A DNA stretch of 64,000 nt from Bacteroidota bacterium (GTDB lineage Bacteria; Bacteroidota; Bacteroidia; Bacteroidales; JAGNHN01). The notes beneath the pieces were generated by a model. That model ran no database searches. It was not told the origin of the DNA and saw only the letters and a program-made list of their open reading frames with translations. The DNA lies in assembly GCA_022710185.1 (NCBI GenBank), contig JAKLHK010000016.1, forward strand, positions 11,900 through 75,899. Reading direction: 5' to 3'. Shown in pieces: positions 36,620 through 46,992 of the stretch (position 1 is the stretch's first letter; the number at the start of each line of letters is the position of its first letter). A program made the position numbers and the translations under genes.

Positions 36620-36627
36620 TAGATTTG
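36620..36627 (+). promoter_or_regulatory. Possible -7 box for the atp operon
   Basis: TAGATTTG lies 35 nt upstream of the atpB ATG (36663). I found no clear -33 element. Confidence 0.3.
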
Positions 36628-36662
36628 CGGCACTTTTCAGGAACCTGCTTGAGCCTGTCGAC

Positions 36663-37832
36663 ATGAGTATAAAACACTGGAAAAGAGCGCTTTTCATACT
36701 TTCACTTGGCCTGGTCCTGGGCATCGTTCCTGCCCATGGACAGCATCATGGGGACATAACCCACGACAGCGTCCCGGCCCCTGCGGAGGCCATTGCCCAT
36801 GCCGGACATGAGGCGGACCACGGTCACCAGGACCAGGGGTTCAACGCCGGGGAGATGATCACCGAGCACATCCTGGATGCCCATGAGTGGCACATCGCCG
36901 ATATCGGCAAGCTGCACCTCACCGTTCCCCTCCCCGTGATCCTCTGGGACCGCGACGAAGGCCAACTGGTGAGCTTCTGTTCCGGTAAGTTCCATCATGG
37001 ACATGAGTCCTACCGCGGGTACATGCTGGCGCATGAAGGCCCCAACAAAGGCAAGATCGTCAAGGTGCTGCCCGGCACCATGGAGCAGGACATGGACGCC
37101 GCCCTGCCGCTGGACTTCTCCTTTACCAAGAATGTGCTCGGGATTTTCGTGAGCATCATTATCCTGCTGGTGGTATTCATCAGCGCCGCAAGGCGCTATG
37201 CCCGTCACCCCGGGGCCCCAAAAGGCCTGCAGTCGGTCCTGGAGCCCCTCATCCTCTTCATCCGCGACGACATTGTGATCCCCAGTATAGGCGAGAAGCG
37301 TTACATGCGCTACATGCCTTTCCTGCTCACGCTCTTCTTCTTCATCTTTCTGAACAACCTGCTGGGCCTGGTGCCCATCTTCCCGGGAGGCGCCAACGTG
37401 ACCGGAAACATCGCCGTGACCATGGTGCTGGCCCTGTTCACCTTCGTCATCACCAGCTTCAGCGGCAACAAGGCCTACTGGATGCACATCGTGAACGCCC
37501 CCGGTGTACCCTGGTGGCTGAAGATCCCGGTGCCCCTCATGCCCATCGTGGAACTCATCGGGGTGTTTACCAAGCCCTTCGTGCTGATGGTCCGACTCTT
37601 CGCCAACATCACCGCCGGGCACATCATCATGCTGGGCTTCATCAGCCTGATCTTCATCTTTGGGGAGATGCACGCCGCCCTGGGCTATGGGGTGAGCGTG
37701 ATCAGCATCGCCTTCTCCATTTTCATGTACCTGCTGGAGCTCCTGGTAGCCTTTATCCAGGCCTATGTATTTACCCTGCTCTCGGCCCTCTACTTCGGTA
37801 TGGCTACCGAGGAGCATGCCCATGAACATTAA
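36663..37832 (+). CDS. atpB: F0F1 ATP synthase subunit a
   Basis: VRLFANITAGHIIM with the essential Arg context and a polytopic membrane profile. It has a His-rich N-terminal extension after a signal-like segment. The start was trimmed to MSIKHWKR. Confidence 0.9.
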   Translation: MSIKHWKRALFILSLGLVLGIVPAHGQHHGDITHDSVPAPAEAIAHAGHEADHGHQDQGFNAGEMITEHILDAHEWHIADIGKLHLTVPLPVILWDRDEGQLVSFCSGKFHHGHESYRGYMLAHEGPNKGKIVKVLPGTMEQDMDAALPLDFSFTKNVLGIFVSIIILLVVFISAARRYARHPGAPKGLQSVLEPLILFIRDDIVIPSIGEKRYMRYMPFLLTLFFFIFLNNLLGLVPIFPGGANVTGNIAVTMVLALFTFVITSFSGNKAYWMHIVNAPGVPWWLKIPVPLMPIVELIGVFTKPFVLMVRLFANITAGHIIMLGFISLIFIFGEMHAALGYGVSVISIAFSIFMYLLELLVAFIQAYVFTLLSALYFGMATEEHAHEH

Positions 37833-37869
37833 TGAACCACAGCATAACCATCATTGTTAAACCCAATAA

Positions 37870-38139
<270 letters not shown>

Positions 38140-38156
38140 GCCGCGGACCGAAACCT

Positions 38157-38195
38157 CCCGTCATCCGCGCGATTGGCTCGGATGACGGGTTTTTG
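38157..38195 (+). terminator. Intra-operon hairpin with T-run after atpE (attenuator or stabiliser)
   Basis: cccgtcatccg (38157-38167) pairs perfectly with cggatgacggg (38179-38189) and is followed by ttttt. Confidence 0.6.
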
Positions 38196-38225
38196 TCAAA
38201 CCTCCTTTAACCACAATACTGACCC

Positions 38226-38720
38226 ATGGAACTTGTTAGTCCCGGTATCGGTCTGATTTTCTGGATGAGCCTGGCTTTCGGCCTGGTGCTGTTCGTCCTT
38301 GGGAAATACGCCTGGAAGCCCATCCTTAAGGCGCTGAAGGAACGTGAGCAGAGCATCGATGATGCCCTGCACGCAGCCGACAAGGCCCGAGAAGAAATGC
38401 AGCAGCTCAAATTTGACAACGAGAAGCTCCTGGCCGAGGCCAAGGAAGAGCGGGACGTCATCCTTAGGGAGGCCCGCAAGCTACGTGAGAAGCTGCTGGA
38501 GGATTCGCGGCTGAAGGCCAACGAAGAGGCCAACCGCATCCTGGATGCAGCCCGCGAAAGCATTGAGAACGAAAAGATGGCCGCCCTCACCGAGCTGAAG
38601 AACCAGCTCGCCTCGCTGAGCATTGAGATTGCTGAGAAGATCCTGAAGCAGAGGCTCGCCGACGATCCCCGTCAGCAGGCCCTGGTGGAGACACTCATGA
38701 AGGACGTAAGGTTCAACTGA
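38226..38720 (+). CDS. atpF: F0F1 ATP synthase subunit b
   Basis: Single N-terminal TM followed by a long charged helix, at the expected position in the operon. Confidence 0.85.
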   Translation: MELVSPGIGLIFWMSLAFGLVLFVLGKYAWKPILKALKEREQSIDDALHAADKAREEMQQLKFDNEKLLAEAKEERDVILREARKLREKLLEDSRLKANEEANRILDAARESIENEKMAALTELKNQLASLSIEIAEKILKQRLADDPRQQALVETLMKDVRFN

Positions 38721-38736
38721 TCCCTGCTGCAGGCCG

Positions 38737-39294
38737 ATGAAATCGAATAAGATATCCTCACGTTACGCCCGGGCGTTCTTCGACTTTTTAGTGGAGCAGG
38801 GATTCCTGGAGGCCGGCCGGGCCGACATGGCCCTGCTCGCTGCGGTGAACGAAGAGAACAGGGAGCTGCAGAACATGCTGAAAAGCCCGGTGATCGGCAA
38901 CCGCAAGAAGGAAAGCATACTGCGCGAGATCTTCTCCCGGCACCTGCATCCTTCCAGCATGGAGTTCATCCTCCTGCTCACCCGCAACCGCAGGGAACAA
39001 TACCTGGCCGAAATCGCCCTGGCCTTCGAGGCCCTCTACCGTGAGCACCAGGGGATACGCACGGTGAAGCTGGTCACCGCTGCCCCGGTGAACGAGCACA
39101 TCCGCAAGGAATTGGTCCGAAGGCTTACGGAAGACACCGGCGCTACCATTGAACTGGAGGAAGCGGTAAACCCTGACCTGGTGGGGGGATTTATTTTGCA
39201 GACCGAGGATAAGAAATTCGACGCCAGCCTGAGACGGGAGCTTGACCAGCTCAAAAAAGAATTTGACGTAAATCTTTATATACGAGAGTTTTAA
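38737..39294 (+). CDS. atpH: F0F1 ATP synthase subunit delta (OSCP)
   Basis: SSRYARAFFDF start, ~185 aa, located between atpF and atpA. Confidence 0.85.
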   Translation: MKSNKISSRYARAFFDFLVEQGFLEAGRADMALLAAVNEENRELQNMLKSPVIGNRKKESILREIFSRHLHPSSMEFILLLTRNRREQYLAEIALAFEALYREHQGIRTVKLVTAAPVNEHIRKELVRRLTEDTGATIELEEAVNPDLVGGFILQTEDKKFDASLRRELDQLKKEFDVNLYIREF

Positions 39295-39309
39295 GTACAT
39301 TATACCGAT

Positions 39310-40896
39310 ATGGCACAGATTAAACCCGCCGAGGTATCGGCAATTTTAAGGCAGCAACTTGCGGGTCACCGTGACGAGAAACAACTGGAAGAGATCGGCA
39401 CCGTGCTCCAGGTAGGGGACGGCATCGCCCGCATCTACGGCCTGAGCAATGTGCAGTCGGGCGAAATGATCGAGTTCGAGAAGACCGGGCTCCGGGGCAT
39501 CGCCCTCAACCTGGAAGAGGATAATGTTGGTGCCGTGCTCCTGGGCGGGTCGGGCGACATACAGGAGGGCGATACCGTCCGCCGTACCCGCCGCATCGCC
39601 TCGGTGAAGGTTGGCGACGGCCTGCTTGGCCGCGTGATCGACACCCTGGGCATGCCCATCGACGGCAAAGGGGAGATCAAGGGGGAGCTCTTTGAGATGC
39701 CCCTGGAACGCAAAGCCCCCGGGGTCATTTACCGCCAGCCGGTGAACGAGCCCCTGCAGACCGGCATCAAGGCCATCGACGCCATGATCCCCATCGGACG
39801 CGGTCAGCGTGAGCTCATCATCGGCGACCGCCAGACCGGGAAGTCGTCCATCGCCGTGGACACCATCATCAACCAGCGGGAGTTCTTTGAAAAGGGCCAG
39901 CCGGTTTACTGCATCTACGTTGCCGTGGGACAGAAAGGCTCCACGGTGGCCAATGTGGTGAAGACCCTGGAAGACCACGGCGCCATGTCTTATACGGTAG
40001 TGGTGACCGCCACGGCTTCCGACGCCGCCGCCATGCAGTTCTATGCCCCCTTCACCGGGGCCGCCATTGGCGAATACTTCCGCGATACCGGCCGCCCGGC
40101 CCTGGTGATCTACGACGACCTTTCGAAGCAGGCCGTGGCCTACCGCGAGGTTTCCCTGCTGCTGCGCCGCCCGCCCGGGCGCGAAGCCTATCCCGGGGAT
40201 GTGTTTTACCTGCACTCCCGTTTGCTGGAACGGGCCGCCAAGATCAATGAAACCGACGTGATCGCCCAGAAGATGAACGACCTCCCCGAAAGCCTCCGTG
40301 CCAAGGTGAAAGGAGGGGGATCTCTCACGGCCCTGCCGATCATCGAGACCCAGGCCGGTGACGTCTCCGCCTACATCCCCACCAATGTGATTTCCATCAC
40401 CGACGGGCAGATTTTCCTGGAGTCCAACCTCTTCAATGCCGGTATACGCCCGGCCATCAACGTGGGCATCTCGGTGTCCCGCGTGGGGGGCGCCGCCCAG
40501 ATCAAGTCGATGAAGAAGGTGGCCGGTACCCTCAAGCTCGACCAGGCCCAATACCGTGAGCTGGAGGCCTTCGCCAAGTTCGGCTCCGACCTGGACGCCG
40601 CCACCAAGGCCGTGCTCGATAAGGGTTCACGCAACGTGGAGATCCTCAAGCAGGGGCTGCACAGCCCCATGGAAGTGGAGAAACAGGTGGCCATCATCTA
40701 CTGCGGTAGCCGGGGCCTGCTGCGGCGCGTCCCGGTGCGCTCGGTCAGGGACTTTGAAGAGGATTACCTGCACCACCTGGAAGTGAACCATGCCGGGCTT
40801 CTCGCTAACCTGCGCGCCGGCAAGCTGCTGGACGAGGACATCGCTACCATGGAACAGGTGGCCCGGGAGATTTCTGCGAAGTACGAAGTAAAATAA
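39310..40896 (+). CDS. atpA: F0F1 ATP synthase subunit alpha
   Basis: Walker A GDRQTGKS, and [23 protein letters not shown]. Confidence 0.95.
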   Translation: MAQIKPAEVSAILRQQLAGHRDEKQLEEIGTVLQVGDGIARIYGLSNVQSGEMIEFEKTGLRGIALNLEEDNVGAVLLGGSGDIQEGDTVRRTRRIASVKVGDGLLGRVIDTLGMPIDGKGEIKGELFEMPLERKAPGVIYRQPVNEPLQTGIKAIDAMIPIGRGQRELIIGDRQTGKSSIAVDTIINQREFFEKGQPVYCIYVAVGQKGSTVANVVKTLEDHGAMSYTVVVTATASDAAAMQFYAPFTGAAIGEYFRDTGRPALVIYDDLSKQAVAYREVSLLLRRPPGREAYPGDVFYLHSRLLERAAKINETDVIAQKMNDLPESLRAKVKGGGSLTALPIIETQAGDVSAYIPTNVISITDGQIFLESNLFNAGIRPAINVGISVSRVGGAAQIKSMKKVAGTLKLDQAQYRELEAFAKFGSDLDAATKAVLDKGSRNVEILKQGLHSPMEVEKQVAIIYCGSRGLLRRVPVRSVRDFEEDYLHHLEVNHAGLLANLRAGKLLDEDIATMEQVAREISAKYEVK

Positions 40897-40929
40897 GGAC
40901 CACGGGCCCGCCCCAGGTCATCGCAAGCC

Positions 40930-41820
40930 ATGCCCAACCTCAAAGAAGTAAGGAACCGCATCACCTCCGTCAAATCGACGCAGCAGATCACCGCGGCCAT
41001 GAAGCTGGTGGCGGCGAGCAAGCTGCGCAAGGCCCAGAACGCCATAGTGAAGCTCAGGCCCTATGCCGTCAAACAGCAGGAGATCCTGGGCAACCTCAGC
41101 GGAGCCCTGGAAGAAGCCGACCTTGGGGCCTTTACCGAAGTGCGTGAAGCGAAGAAAGTGCTTGTCGTCGCCTTCTCGTCCAACCGAGGCCTTTGCGGTG
41201 CCTTCAACACCAACGTGATCAAGAAGGTACGCTCCCTTATGGATGATGATTTCCCGGCCCTTACGGCCGCCGGTGGGATTGACCTGATCCTGGTGGGCCG
41301 AAAAGCAGGAGAGCACTTCGAAAAGAGGGGCTACGCCGTGAAGCTGAGACCGGATGATCTGTACGACAACCTCAGTTTCGAGAAAGTAGTGCCCCTGGCC
41401 GAGACCCTGATGCAATCCTTCCGTAATAAGGAATACGATCGTATCATCCTCGTTTATAACCAGTTCAAGAATGCAGCCATTCAAAGGCTGGTGTCGGAAC
41501 AATTCCTGCCGGTGGTCCAGCTACCTTCCGGGGGCAAGGTTTCATCCCAATCGGCCGACTACATATTCGAACCCTCACGCAATGTGATCCTCCAGGAGCT
41601 GCTGCCAAAGATCCTGAAGATCCAGCTGTACAAGGCGATCCTGGATTCCTTCGCTTCGGAGCACGGGGCGAGGATGACGGCCATGCAGCAGGCCACGGAC
41701 AATGCCAAGGAGCTGCTACGGGAGCTGCAGCTGTCCTACAACAAGGCACGGCAGGCGGCCATCACCACTGAGATCCTTGAGATCGTAAGCGGGGCCAACG
41801 CATTGAAAGAACAGTCCTGA
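40930..41820 (+). CDS. atpG: F0F1 ATP synthase subunit gamma
   Basis: MPNLKEVRNRITSVKSTQQITAAMKLVAASKLRKAQ and C-terminal ITTEILEIVSGA. Confidence 0.9.
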   Translation: MPNLKEVRNRITSVKSTQQITAAMKLVAASKLRKAQNAIVKLRPYAVKQQEILGNLSGALEEADLGAFTEVREAKKVLVVAFSSNRGLCGAFNTNVIKKVRSLMDDDFPALTAAGGIDLILVGRKAGEHFEKRGYAVKLRPDDLYDNLSFEKVVPLAETLMQSFRNKEYDRIILVYNQFKNAAIQRLVSEQFLPVVQLPSGGKVSSQSADYIFEPSRNVILQELLPKILKIQLYKAILDSFASEHGARMTAMQQATDNAKELLRELQLSYNKARQAAITTEILEIVSGANALKEQS

Positions 41821-41849
41821 TGTTGCAAAAAACTTAAACCCTTTGAACC

Positions 41850-42365
41850 ATGCTAACGGAAAAGATCGAAAACGCACTCAACCATCAGATCGGGGTAGAA
41901 GAGCATTCTTCACGCATTTACCTGGCCATGGCCATCTGGTGCGAAACCCACGGCTATCCCGGCGCCGCCAACTTCCTTTATGCCCAGTCGGATGAGGAAC
42001 GTATGCACATGCTGAAGCTGGTGCACTATGTGAACGACCGGGGCGGGGTTGCACGCCTGGGGAGCCTGGAAGCCCCGGTACTGAGTTATGGCAGCCTCCT
42101 GGAAGTGTTCCAGGCTGTGCTCAAGCACGAGCAGTACGTGTCTTCGGAGATCAATAAGGTGTATGGCCTTACCCTCGAAGAGCGGGACTATACCACTGGG
42201 CAGTTCATGCAGTGGTATATTGCAGAACAGATCGAGGAAGAGAGTACGATGCGCGGTATTCTGGACAAGATGGAACTGGCCGGTGGCGAGCGTGGGGGTA
42301 TCTTCCACATCGACAAGGAGCTGGATGCCATGGCCGCCGCTTCCGGAGCCGCTGAGGCTGAGTAA
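41850..42365 (+). CDS. Non-haem ferritin
   Basis: Ferritin-like di-iron helices: EEHSSRIYLAMAIWCE, SDEERMHMLKL, KHEQYVS, AEQIEEE. Confidence 0.85.
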   Translation: MLTEKIENALNHQIGVEEHSSRIYLAMAIWCETHGYPGAANFLYAQSDEERMHMLKLVHYVNDRGGVARLGSLEAPVLSYGSLLEVFQAVLKHEQYVSSEINKVYGLTLEERDYTTGQFMQWYIAEQIEEESTMRGILDKMELAGGERGGIFHIDKELDAMAAASGAAEAE

Positions 42366-42399
42366 GCGCATGACAACGCCCCCTGGGGCATTGAACGAT

Positions 42400-42427
42400 A
42401 GCCTGTCCGTTCCGGATGGGCTTTTTT
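42400..42427 (+). terminator. Intrinsic terminator after ferritin
   Basis: gcctgtccg-ttc-cggatgggc forms a 9-bp stem including two G-U pairs and is followed by tttttt. Confidence 0.55.
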
Positions 42428-42521
42428 GTTCCCTTCGCTCCAGAAAGTCTCTGCTCACTTTTTCTGTACCTTCTTTTGCGCCTCCCCAAAGAAAATTGGC
42501 AAAGTTTTTGCTTCCCTCAGC

Positions 42522-43397
42522 ATGAACCAAAAAACATCCGCCATGAAACGAATCCTACTTTCATTACTGTTTATTGCCCTGACCACGTCCGGGCTACTGC
42601 GTGCCCAGGCCATCCCCAACGCCAGTTTCGAGAACTGGACCCAGGATACGATCACCGGGTTCGGGGGCCCGGTCATATACCAACATCCGGTCGACTGGTC
42701 CCCGCTGAGCTCCCTGTTCAATGCCCTCTTCGGGGGAACCATCAACATCTTCCAGACCAGCGTCCACTATGGCAGCGGCAATCACGGGCTGATGATAGAG
42801 GTGGGTACCGACAGCATCGGAGCCGACATCTTCTCCATGTTCCCGGTGAGCAGCCTGCCCCAGAAACTGTCAGGTTACTACAAATATGAAGGCGGGGCGA
42901 ACACCGCGGCCAATGTGCTGGTGGGCTTCACCGATTACGACCCGGTGAACGACACCAGTATCCTGATCGCCCAGGGAACCGGTTCGCTCGTGGTTACCGG
43001 TTCCTTTACCCAGTTCGAGATCCCCATCGTGGGCACCGGCATGGGAACCCCCGACAGCGCCATCATTATGGTGGAATTTATGAGCGGAAAGCCCGGCAGC
43101 AAGCTCTACCTCGATGCCCTCAGCTTCGATGGCACCTCGGGTCTCAGCAAGCCGGGTAACCTTATTGGGATGGAACTCTACCCCATTCCAATGCAGGATG
43201 AACTGCTGGTCCGCTGGAACGCCAGTGCTGACCGGACCTACGATATCCGTCTGATGTCGCTGACCGGACAGGTGATGTGGGAGGGCCGTTCTTCCGAAGG
43301 GGCCCTGAGCATCCCGGTGAACGAACTTCCCAGGGGCGCCTATATGCTCCGGCTGAGCGACGGGCAGAACGTGAGCACACGGAAGGTGATCAAGTAG
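42522..43397 (+). CDS. Hypothetical secreted protein with T9SS C-terminal sorting domain
   Basis: Signal peptide MNQKTSAMKRILLSLLFIALTTSGLLRAQ at internal ATG 42522. The CTD tail is MELYPIPMQDELLV...GAYMLRLSDGQNVSTRKVIK. Confidence 0.6.
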   Translation: MNQKTSAMKRILLSLLFIALTTSGLLRAQAIPNASFENWTQDTITGFGGPVIYQHPVDWSPLSSLFNALFGGTINIFQTSVHYGSGNHGLMIEVGTDSIGADIFSMFPVSSLPQKLSGYYKYEGGANTAANVLVGFTDYDPVNDTSILIAQGTGSLVVTGSFTQFEIPIVGTGMGTPDSAIIMVEFMSGKPGSKLYLDALSFDGTSGLSKPGNLIGMELYPIPMQDELLVRWNASADRTYDIRLMSLTGQVMWEGRSSEGALSIPVNELPRGAYMLRLSDGQNVSTRKVIK

Positions 43398-43456
43398 ACT
43401 GCGACCGGGGCGCCGGGCCGGGGCCAGGACGTGATTTTCCCGATTGTATCCGAAAC

Positions 43457-43506
43457 ATTAGCGCGAATTTATCAGGTTCACTTGATATTTTCGCGCTAAT
43501 TTGTTT
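43457..43506. terminator. Bidirectional terminator-like hairpin between convergent genes
   Basis: attagcgcgaa (43457-43467) pairs perfectly with ttcgcgctaat (43490-43500). It is flanked by A-rich sequence (aaac) on the left and T-rich sequence (ttgttt) on the right, in a locally AT-rich spacer. Confidence 0.5.
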
Positions 43507-43580
43507 AATTCTAAGGAATTAAAACCGGGTGTTCCCTCCCCACATGAATGCTCCGTTGAGCCCAATCAACGCTCAGGGGT

Positions 43581-44156
43581 TCATACCGTCTTGCCAAGGT
43601 GCCAGGCCGCGGCGATTTTCAGCTTCTCGTACCATGCCCCGCCAAAACGCCGGATGAGGGGCTCGCGGAGGAACTCATAAACCCTTACTCCTTCCTTCTT
43701 CCCGAGCAGTTTTGCGGGCACGCAGATGTGCCAGTGGTGGTGGTTCACCGCGATATGGTCGCCCACTTGCGACAGGCGGATGGGATACAGATGACAGGAA
43801 ACGGGTTTGCGGAAGCGGGTCTTCCCGCTGAGGAAGGCCTCTTCGATGGCGCAGCGGGCCTCCCCATCGACGAAAAAGGTGAAGGCGCATTCGCGGCCCC
43901 CGTTCAGCGGGGTGACGAAGTGGCCCCCGGCATCGAATTCGAAGACGCCCTGCCCCTCTACTGTTGCCCTGCCTTCAGGGGTCATGAAGGGCTTCACTTC
44001 GTCCAGGGCGTCCTCCAGAAGCCCGATCTCCTCCTCCTCCAGGGGAGCTCCGGCATCGCCTTCCACACAGCAGGCTCCCCGACACGAGGCGAGGTCGCAA
44101 ATGAAGTGAACGTCGAAGATCTCCTCCGAGACCAGGGTGTCGTCGATGATGATCAT
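43581..44156 (-). CDS. DUF3109-like Cys-rich protein
   Basis: MIIIDDTLVSEEIFDVHFICDLASCRGACCVEGDAGAPL matches my recollection of DUF3109. The start was trimmed to MIIIDD. Confidence 0.6.
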   Translation of the reverse strand: MIIIDDTLVSEEIFDVHFICDLASCRGACCVEGDAGAPLEEEEIGLLEDALDEVKPFMTPEGRATVEGQGVFEFDAGGHFVTPLNGGRECAFTFFVDGEARCAIEEAFLSGKTRFRKPVSCHLYPIRLSQVGDHIAVNHHHWHICVPAKLLGKKEGVRVYEFLREPLIRRFGGAWYEKLKIAAAWHLGKTV

Positions 44157-44241
44157 GGAGCAAAAATACCAGTAAAGTTCAGGGCGCACCACGCGTCCTG
44201 AACTTTACCTTAACTTCACTACCCAAAACACCGCGCCCCGT

Positions 44242-46953
44242 ATGCGTCGTTCCTTGCTCCTCCCCCTTACCGCCCTGGGTATGCTTTGCATCGGAATTCT
44301 TGGCTTCTCCTTGTTCCGGAAGCCGGATCCACGACAGCAATACGCCTATACCATCGAAAACCTTGCCCGGCAGTTCCTGTCACCACAGCGCCTGGCGGCC
44401 AAGGGACTTCCTACGCCTGACCGTCCGGATGAGGCGGCCTTCCAGGAGTTTATCCAGACTCTGGACCCCCTCCTGGGCCGGGTACCGCTGGAGCGCCGTA
44501 CTGGGGCCATGCGGGCAACACTTGCCCTGCAACAGGCCAAGGGGATGAAACAGGTAATCACGGGTTGGCAGGAGAAACATGCGCACATGGGCGGTCGCAC
44601 CCGGGCCATCCTATACGACCCCGGGGACCCTACCCACAAAAAGGTATGGGCAGCCGGCGTGACCGGGGGACTGTGGTACACCAACGACATCAGCCAGCCG
44701 GATTCGCTCTGGCATCCGGTGAACGATTTCTGGGACAACCTGAGCGTATGCGCCCTGGCCAGTGACCCGAACAATGCGCAGGTGCTGTATGCCGGAACAG
44801 GGGAAGCCCAGACCGCTGTGGTGATCTACCGGGAATCTTCGGGAAGGGGCTCGGGCATCTTCCGCTCCACGGACGGGGGCTCCACCTGGAACATCATTCC
44901 TTCCACGGCCGGGTTTGCCTACGTCACTGATATCCGGGTGAGGAGCGAGAATGGAGCCAGCGTGATCTATGCCGGGGTAGCTTCGGGACAATACAAGGGA
45001 GTGAGCTACCTCAGCCAGCCTTCTGACGGGCTTTACCGCTCCGCCGACAACGGGCTCAGCTGGACGCAGGTGCTTCCGGTCATCCCCGGAACCGGCGATC
45101 CTTATTGTCCTTCCGATATTGACATCTCCTCCGATGGCAGCCGCATCTTTGTGGGCACCGGCCCCAATGTCAACCTTCAGGGAGGTGCCACCATACTGTA
45201 CAGTGACTCCGGCACCTCGGGCACCTGGACTGCGTTTACCCAGTACAATACCCTCATCCAGACCAACCCCACCTACAACCTTCCCGGGCGGGTGATGCTG
45301 GCTACGGCGGCTTCCAACGCCAATGTGGTGTATGCCCTCGTTGCCAACGGCTGGAACAACGGCTTCAACTTCTACCAGGGAGGGTACATCCTGCGTTCTC
45401 AAAATAAGGGCGACAGCTGGACACTCCGCAACAGTCCGCCGGACTACAACAACCGTAACTGGGCCAACCTGGCCTGGCATGCCTTTGCGGTGGGCGTGGA
45501 CCCCAACAACCCCAATACCCTCTATGTGGGCGGGCTCGATCTTCACCGCAGCACCAACGGGGGCAACAGCTGGTCATTGCTCACCGACTGGGCCCTGATG
45601 TATTACGGCGGGGGGCCGGATTATGTTCATGCCGATCAACATGCCATAGTCTATAAGCCCGGCAGTTCATCGGAGATTCTGTTCGGCTGCGACGGGGGGG
45701 TGTTCCGCACCACCAACGCCAATGCCTCTTCTCCGGTTTTTGCCGAAAGAAGCCAGGGTCTCAACACCCTGCAGTTCTATACCGGTACCCTTTCTCCGCC
45801 GGCCGGGTCGCCGGTGGTAATGGGCGGGCTGCAGGACAACGGCACCCTGCTGTACACCGGCAGCCCCCTGACCATCCACAGCATGGTTTCGGGGGGGGAC
45901 GGCGCCTATTGCTTTTTCGACAAGGACGAACCCGGAACCTTCCTCACCTCTTCGCAGTATTCCAATTACTCCATCTTCGTGGACACCCAGTACGTCAGCA
46001 GCGTGTACGCCAATACGGGAGTCTTCATCAATCCGTCGGCCTATGACTGGAAGGACAACATCCTCTTCATGAACCGGGGTACCTTTTTCGGGGATAACCT
46101 CAACTCCCTGGAGGTTGCCGACGATCTTCCGTATTATCCCTATGAATACGATGTCCCGGTGCTGGGGAATGCCAGCACCTATTACAGCCACCTCAGCTAT
46201 TCCCCTCACTCGGCCAGCGGCGATCCCACCCTTTATCTCGGCACGGCCGACGGGGAGGTGTTCAGGGTGACCCATGCCCAATCGCTGATCCCTACGGTCA
46301 CCAACATCACCGGGGCCCAGTTCCCGACGGCAGCCGTGTCCTGCATCGCCATTGGTGCTTCCGACGACACCCTGCTGGTGACCTTCTCCAACTATGGGGT
46401 AAATTCGGTGTGGCAGACCACGGATGGGGGGCTGAGCTGGGTAAGCAAGGAAGGCAACCTGCCCGATATGCCCATACGCTGGGCGATCTACCATCCGGAT
46501 AACAACCAGCAGGCCCTGCTGGCCACGGAAACCGGGGTGTGGTCGTCAAGCAACCTGAACGCCGGCGCGCCATGGTGGGTACCGATGAACACCGGTATGG
46601 CCAATGTGCGCGTGGATATGCTGCAGCTCAGGGAGAGCGACAACACTGTGCTGGCTTCTACCCACGGCAGGGGCATGTTCACTACCACCTTTCTGGTGGA
46701 CCCCACTACAGGATCGCCCCAGGAAGAGCCCCTCACGGTCAGGGCCTTCCCTAATCCCGGGCCAGGGCTCTTTTCAGTCTCAGGAACCCAGGGTATTACC
46801 ACCATCCGGGTTTATGATTTGCATGGAAGGCTCGTTCTGAGCCAGGCCGGCGGGGCCAGTATCGACCTGCGCCATGCCCCTCCGGGCACTTACCTCGCAG
46901 AGCTCACCGCAGCGGAGCGGGTCACCACCCTGAAACTGGTGGCGGTACGCTGA
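44242..46953 (+). CDS. BNR/Asp-box (sortilin/VPS10-like) repeat protein with T9SS C-terminal sorting domain
   Basis: Asp-boxes STDGGSTWN, SADNGLSWT, SQNKGDSWT, STNGGNSWS and TTDGGLSWV. The CTD tail is VRAFPNPGPGLFSV...GTYLAELTAAERVTTLKLV. Confidence 0.7.
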   Translation: MRRSLLLPLTALGMLCIGILGFSLFRKPDPRQQYAYTIENLARQFLSPQRLAAKGLPTPDRPDEAAFQEFIQTLDPLLGRVPLERRTGAMRATLALQQAKGMKQVITGWQEKHAHMGGRTRAILYDPGDPTHKKVWAAGVTGGLWYTNDISQPDSLWHPVNDFWDNLSVCALASDPNNAQVLYAGTGEAQTAVVIYRESSGRGSGIFRSTDGGSTWNIIPSTAGFAYVTDIRVRSENGASVIYAGVASGQYKGVSYLSQPSDGLYRSADNGLSWTQVLPVIPGTGDPYCPSDIDISSDGSRIFVGTGPNVNLQGGATILYSDSGTSGTWTAFTQYNTLIQTNPTYNLPGRVMLATAASNANVVYALVANGWNNGFNFYQGGYILRSQNKGDSWTLRNSPPDYNNRNWANLAWHAFAVGVDPNNPNTLYVGGLDLHRSTNGGNSWSLLTDWALMYYGGGPDYVHADQHAIVYKPGSSSEILFGCDGGVFRTTNANASSPVFAERSQGLNTLQFYTGTLSPPAGSPVVMGGLQDNGTLLYTGSPLTIHSMVSGGDGAYCFFDKDEPGTFLTSSQYSNYSIFVDTQYVSSVYANTGVFINPSAYDWKDNILFMNRGTFFGDNLNSLEVADDLPYYPYEYDVPVLGNASTYYSHLSYSPHSASGDPTLYLGTADGEVFRVTHAQSLIPTVTNITGAQFPTAAVSCIAIGASDDTLLVTFSNYGVNSVWQTTDGGLSWVSKEGNLPDMPIRWAIYHPDNNQQALLATETGVWSSSNLNAGAPWWVPMNTGMANVRVDMLQLRESDNTVLASTHGRGMFTTTFLVDPTTGSPQEEPLTVRAFPNPGPGLFSVSGTQGITTIRVYDLHGRLVLSQAGGASIDLRHAPPGTYLAELTAAERVTTLKLVAVR

Positions 46954-46992
46954 GTGCATTGAGCAATGCTCAGTAATTGAGTATTAAACCCT

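Noticed and set aside
46954-46992. A short hairpin (TGAGCA-A-TGCTCA) between the convergent BNR and A2M genes, considered as a terminator or as another heptad array.
   Set aside because: The stem is only 6 bp with a 1-nt centre and has no T-run. The TGAG spacing is 9 and 18 nt, not period 7. This is too weak to call.
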